DNA of 64,000 nucleotides from Candidatus Latescibacterota bacterium (GTDB lineage Bacteria; Latescibacterota; UBA2968; UBA8231): NCBI GenBank assembly GCA_965223905.1, contig CBDCXV010000010.1, positions 1,632,001 to 1,696,000 of the forward strand, read 5' to 3'. Shown piece by piece: positions 59,882 to 64,000 of this stretch (position 1 is its first letter; each line of letters starts with the position of its first letter). The notes under the pieces were generated by a model. It saw only the letters and a program-made list of their open reading frames with translations, ran no database searches and was not told where the DNA came from. The position numbers and the translations under genes were made by a program.

Positions 59882-60586
59882 TCAGGCGGCCTCGGCGAAC
59901 AGCTGCGCCCTGCCGCGCCTGCCGACCACCTCGAGGGCGCCCATCTTCTTGAGGCAATAGGTGAGTTTCCCCGCCAGCCCCAGGGAGTACGATGTGCTCT
60001 CGGCGAACTCCCGGTTGGTGAACGGCCTCTTCAGCTGCGCCGGAACGAAGTCGAGGAAATCGGCCGGCTGCGCGAAAATCCGGCGCTCCACCACCTCGAG
60101 CAGACGGCGGTCGCGGCGCGTCCATTCGCGGTGGCGCCAACTGCCCCGGCCGTCGTAGCAGCGCACCTCCTCCTCCTGAATCATCAGCACCTCGATGCTG
60201 AACGAGTCCCTGCTCACCAGGTCGGGAATACTGACGAGCTGCTCGAAAATGTGGGCGGCCATCCCCCGCTTCGGGGACTTGCGCCGGCCGATCACGGTCT
60301 CCTCGTCGGCGGCGAGCCGCAGGATCCACTTTTCGCGGGGGATCGGGTGAACCAGCCTGACCTCGTACTCCTCGGTCAGGCGCCGCAGCTTGCGCTTGAG
60401 AGGGGCGAAGCCGCGGGTCTGGATCTCGATCAGCAGCTGCCCGTCGCGGACGATGCTGCCGTCGCGGACGATGTCGACGACGTAGCCGCCCACCCTTTCC
60501 TCGAGCAGGTCGCCGGGAAGGGCGTACCACTGTTTCACCGAGGCGTGGAGCGAGCGCTCCCGGAGGATGCCGATATGTTCGGACAC
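59882..60586 (-). CDS. Hypothetical protein, PD-(D/E)xK nuclease-like
   Basis: ERSLH..K.WY, VVDI..LIEIQT; 18-bp internal duplication (IVRDGS IVRDGQ). Confidence 0.6.
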   Translation of the reverse strand: MSEHIGILRERSLHASVKQWYALPGDLLEERVGGYVVDIVRDGSIVRDGQLLIEIQTRGFAPLKRKLRRLTEEYEVRLVHPIPREKWILRLAADEETVIGRRKSPKRGMAAHIFEQLVSIPDLVSRDSFSIEVLMIQEEEVRCYDGRGSWRHREWTRRDRRLLEVVERRIFAQPADFLDFVPAQLKRPFTNREFAESTSYSLGLAGKLTYCLKKMGALEVVGRRGRAQLFAEAA

Positions 60587-60805
60587 GGAGTTCCCTGCGC
60601 GGTGGTTCGCGTCGGGAGGAGATGCGGTGGGGAAGCGCGGCGTTCGGCAGGGGATGCCGAGGGGTTTCAAATGTACCGACGGCCGGTCGGGGCCGCCACG
60701 GGATTTGGGAGTTACTTATGGAGCCTCGGGCAAGGGCAATGGCGAGGGGGCGATCTTCATACAAATACAGCTGTATCCCCCGGCGTTGAAATTTGTGGGC
60801 TTTTG

Positions 60806-61132
60806 TTATAGCTCATCGAGTGTGAGATCACGTCCTTCTTTTTTTGCAGTGAGCCACCGCTCAAAGGATCGCTTGCTTTCCCCTGAAGGCTGTCCAGTCA
60901 TCAGGTTCTCCACGCTGATATCCTCGTCGAGATCCTTCCAGTGGATGTGCTGCCCGTCGCCGATCAGCTCCCAGTGGTTTCGTTCTTCCTGCGTTGCGTG
61001 AACGAGCCTGGGATACCAAGTCAGCGGGACGGAGATACTGCGTCCGTCAGCCAACTCCGCTGTCAGTGTATCGTCGGTAGCTCGGATGCAAGTGGCCTTG
61101 GGTAATTCCAGTTCAATGGTCAAAGAAGTCAT
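60806..61132 (-). CDS. DUF2442 domain protein
   Basis: LADGRSISVPLTWYPRL..IHW.DLDEDIS. Confidence 0.88.
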   Translation of the reverse strand: MTSLTIELELPKATCIRATDDTLTAELADGRSISVPLTWYPRLVHATQEERNHWELIGDGQHIHWKDLDEDISVENLMTGQPSGESKRSFERWLTAKKEGRDLTLDEL

Positions 61133-61349
61133 GCCACGCCTCCAAAAATGCTGTTTGATTCTGTCGTACGATCCTCTGAATGCGCTGAATTTCCGTTGTG
61201 TCGAAGCTACCTGCCTTCTGCAGAACAACGGGTTCCAACCAAAACTTGGCGAATTGCCGATCTCGCCTGACATGTACATGCGGAGGTTCGGCTTGGTCCC
61301 CGGAAAGAAAGTAAAATTGATACGGTCCGCTTCTCAGTATAGTCGGCAT
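61113..61349 (-). CDS. DUF4160 domain protein
   Basis: MPTI..FYF..EPPHVHV..AKFWL. Confidence 0.88.
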   Translation of the reverse strand: MPTILRSGPYQFYFLSGDQAEPPHVHVRRDRQFAKFWLEPVVLQKAGSFDTTEIQRIQRIVRQNQTAFLEAWHDFFDH

Positions 61350-61582
61350 GATTCCCGATGTATGTATCCAAACTTTACCCGAATCCCAAGGTCAAAGTAA
61401 CTTCGATCAACCTCCCGGGGCAACGCGCTGGAGGAAGGAAGCCGACGGGTTGGTGGGACTCCCGACAGACATTCCGAGGTTTGCCATCTGTTCATGACTG
61501 TTTTCAGGTTGACCCTGAAATACTCATGAGTAAATTAAAGTATTACCTGAAACACTAACGCCAATATGGAACCGGGAAAAGG

Positions 61583-62722
61583 ATGGAGCCGCGCTACATC
61601 AGGGACCATATCGAAGCGGATCTCGCGAATCGGATGGTGTTCATCGGCGGGCCGCGCCAGGTTGGAAAAACCACCCTTGCCCTTTCTCTGCTCGGACCTA
61701 GCAGGAACGAGTCGTCCCCCGCTTACCTCAACTGGGACGTGCTTTCCGATCGCGAGGATATCCTGGCGGAACGCCTGCCCTCCGGCCAGCCCCGCATCAT
61801 TTTCGACGAGATCCACAAGTTCGCGCGCTGGCGAAACCTGGTGAAGGGGCTGTTCGACAAGAACAGAACCTCCATTTCCTTCATCGTCGCCGGATCGGCG
61901 CGTCTCGACTACTACCGCAAGGGCGGGGATTCCCTGCAGGGGCGGTATCACTATTTCCGGCTGCATCCTTTCACGGCGACGGAGTACGGGACGGCTCCGG
62001 ATCAGGCGCTGACGGAGCAGCTGCTCAGGTTCGGCGGTTTCCCCGAGCCTTTTCTGAGGGGGGAGGTGCGCTTTCATCGCCGCTGGCAGCGCGAGCATTC
62101 CTCGAGAATCATCCACGAGGACCTCCGCGACCTGGAGAACGTCAGGGAGATTTCGATGCTGGATCTCCTGCTGTCTCACCTGCCGGCGTGCGTGGGCTCC
62201 CCGCTTTCCGTCAACAGCCTCGCCAGGCTGCTGCAGGCGTCGCACGAATCCGTCGAACGCTGGCTGGCGATCTTCGAAAGGATGTACCTCTGCTACCGCA
62301 TTCCACCGTTCGGGGGGAAGAGAATCAGGGCGGTCCGCAAGGAAAGGAAGCTCTACTTCTGGGACTGGTCGCGCGTTCCCGACCGCGGCGCCCGGTTCGA
62401 GAACATGGTGGCCGGCCACCTCCTCAAATACTGCCACTTCGTCGAGGACACGGAAGGATACGGGATGGAGCTGCGCTTCATTCGCGATACCGACAAGCGC
62501 GAGGTGGACTTCGTCGTTCTCCGCGACGGAGCTGCCGAGTTCGCCGTCGAGTGCAAGAGCGGCGAGCAGAGCACCTCCCCGGCATGCCGGTACTTCAGGG
62601 AGCGGACGGATATCCCGCGGTTCTACCAGGTTCACCTGGGCGAGAGGGACTTCGGCAACGAAAAAACCGGTACGCGGGTACTGCCGTTCTCCACGTTCTG
62701 CCGCGAAGCCGGCCTGCCCTGA
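61583..62722 (+). CDS. AAA_14 ATPase with DUF4143 domain
   Basis: GPRQVGKTT, FDEIH, GGFPE, KLYFWD, EVDF..VECK. Confidence 0.9.
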   Translation: MEPRYIRDHIEADLANRMVFIGGPRQVGKTTLALSLLGPSRNESSPAYLNWDVLSDREDILAERLPSGQPRIIFDEIHKFARWRNLVKGLFDKNRTSISFIVAGSARLDYYRKGGDSLQGRYHYFRLHPFTATEYGTAPDQALTEQLLRFGGFPEPFLRGEVRFHRRWQREHSSRIIHEDLRDLENVREISMLDLLLSHLPACVGSPLSVNSLARLLQASHESVERWLAIFERMYLCYRIPPFGGKRIRAVRKERKLYFWDWSRVPDRGARFENMVAGHLLKYCHFVEDTEGYGMELRFIRDTDKREVDFVVLRDGAAEFAVECKSGEQSTSPACRYFRERTDIPRFYQVHLGERDFGNEKTGTRVLPFSTFCREAGLP

Positions 62723-62761
62723 CAGCCCTCACATCAGACCCGAAATCAAGGACATGCGAAG

Positions 62762-64000
62762 ATGGAAACTGAACCAGCCGGCCGTTCGATTGCTCCGCGC
62801 GGGACTCGCCGCGTCCTGTTTGTCAGCGATCCTTCCAGCATCGCCACCAACCTGTTCCCGGATCCGGTGGTGGAAGAGGATCTTCGCCGCTGGGTGGACA
62901 TGCTCGCCGACAGTGGCGTCGACATCTTCCAGCAGGACGTCTACAACAAGGGCTGCACCGCCTACTGGCGGTCGGACCAGCTCCAGTACGACCCGCGCGA
63001 GCAGCACCGCCGGTTCCTGCCCCTGCTCGATGCCGGCATCCAGCCTCTGCAGGTGCTTCTCGAACACAGCCACCGCCGCGGCATGGCGTTCCACGCAGGG
63101 TTTCGCATGAACGACACCCACGCCGGAGCTCACTTTCCCCAGCGCGCCGATTTCGTCCAGTCTCACCCCGAGTGGCAGCTGAAAGACACCCGCGAGGGCC
63201 TCGGGTATCACGAGGGATTCCCTCTCGACTTCACCTTCGACGAGGTGCGCGACTTCGTCTTCGAGGTGATGCGGGAGGTCGTCAGCCGCTTCGACGTGGA
63301 CGGGATCGAGATGACGTTCCGGGATCCCGGGTACTTTCCGTTTCCCGAGGGCAGAGAGAGGGCCCACCTGATGACCCGGCTGGTCCGCCGCCTACGCGGG
63401 CTGGTCGATGAGCGCAGCCGCATCACGGGCCGGCGGATCTCGCTGGGGGCCAGGGTGTTCTCCACCCTCGACGAGTGCCTGGACATGGGACTCGACGTGC
63501 GAACGTGGGTCTCCGAGGGCCTGCTGGATTGTCTCAGCCCGATGGACACCATGTTCTGCGACTTCAACGCCGGGTGGGAGGAATTCGGAGCCCTGACCCG
63601 GGACAGCCGATGCCTGCTGTATCCGACGTTGAACCAATGGACCAGTCACCGCATGAGGATGGGAGGCGGAGGCATGAACCCGGCAAACTGCAGGGCGTTC
63701 GTGCACACCTTCTATGAAACCGGGGCCGACGGCCTCACCATCTACGCACCGGTCGCCGGATTTCTGTGGTCGCCTCCGTTCTATCCGCAGAGCCTGCAAG
63801 TGTTGCATCAGCTGCGCGACCCGCGCAGGGTCGCCGCCGGAGACAGGCACTACGTCTTCGACCCTACCTGGGAAGGGGTGACCGAGCTCGGTCGGGACCG
63901 TTGCTCGACCGGGGTCGTAAAGGCGCAGAGGGTCGTGCTCGACCGCGGCGCGGAAAAACCGTCGGGCACATACCGGTTCAGGTTGTACGAGCGCATGGAC
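62762..64000 (+). CDS. GHL10/DUF187-like glycoside hydrolase family protein (runs off the window)
   Basis: Manual translation METEPAG..WVDMLADSGVD..GFRMNDTH..HPEW..DFTFDEVR..DVDGIE; absent from the ORF track because there is no stop. Confidence 0.75.
   Translation, partial: METEPAGRSIAPRGTRRVLFVSDPSSIATNLFPDPVVEEDLRRWVDMLADSGVDIFQQDVYNKGCTAYWRSDQLQYDPREQHRRFLPLLDAGIQPLQVLLEHSHRRGMAFHAGFRMNDTHAGAHFPQRADFVQSHPEWQLKDTREGLGYHEGFPLDFTFDEVRDFVFEVMREVVSRFDVDGIEMTFRDPGYFPFPEGRERAHLMTRLVRRLRGLVDERSRITGRRISLGARVFSTLDECLDMGLDVRTWVSEGLLDCLSPMDTMFCDFNAGWEEFGALTRDSRCLLYPTLNQWTSHRMRMGGGGMNPANCRAFVHTFYETGADGLTIYAPVAGFLWSPPFYPQSLQVLHQLRDPRRVAAGDRHYVFDPTWEGVTELGRDRCSTGVVKAQRVVLDRGAEKPSGTYRFRLYERMD

Noticed and set aside
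61515-61550. dif-like site
   Set aside because: AT-rich palindrome lacks the XerD arm TTATGTTAAAT and the 11-6-11 layout

Overview
GC-rich bacterial window. The gene content is expanded Gfo/Idh/MocA and PhyH families, internalin-type LRR, FN3/Calx-beta/cadherin surface proteins and four proteins with an FlgD/T9SS-like 'PNPFN' C-terminal tail. By inference this fits an FCB-group, Latescibacterota/Gemmatimonadota-like, probably host (sponge)-associated organism. Housekeeping and metabolic genes (malate synthase, glycine-methylation betaine genes plus BCCT, ppx, rsmD, hisA, TonB receptor) are interleaved with accessory DNA. Main observations: (1) a Cre-like tyrosine recombinase gene enclosed by two inverted 32-bp lox-like sites with identical 6-bp cores, between a surface-protein gene and a one-polypeptide two-component regulator, a candidate self-inverting switch; (2) an integrase-less integron-like array (attI-like site, NYN cassette, attC, higBA cassette, truncated attC) with a non-canonical GAT core, hit twice by an 80-bp TA-targeting MITE, one copy carrying an IS; (3) a 6-kb island bounded by a 94-bp direct repeat, in which a passenger protein appears to have swapped an autotransporter barrel for the host secretion tail; (4) tandem active (HEFQH) and probably inactive (HYFQH) secreted metalloprotease paralogs. 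Several single-base frameshifts may be sequencing errors. All family calls come from motif recognition by eye; no searches were run.
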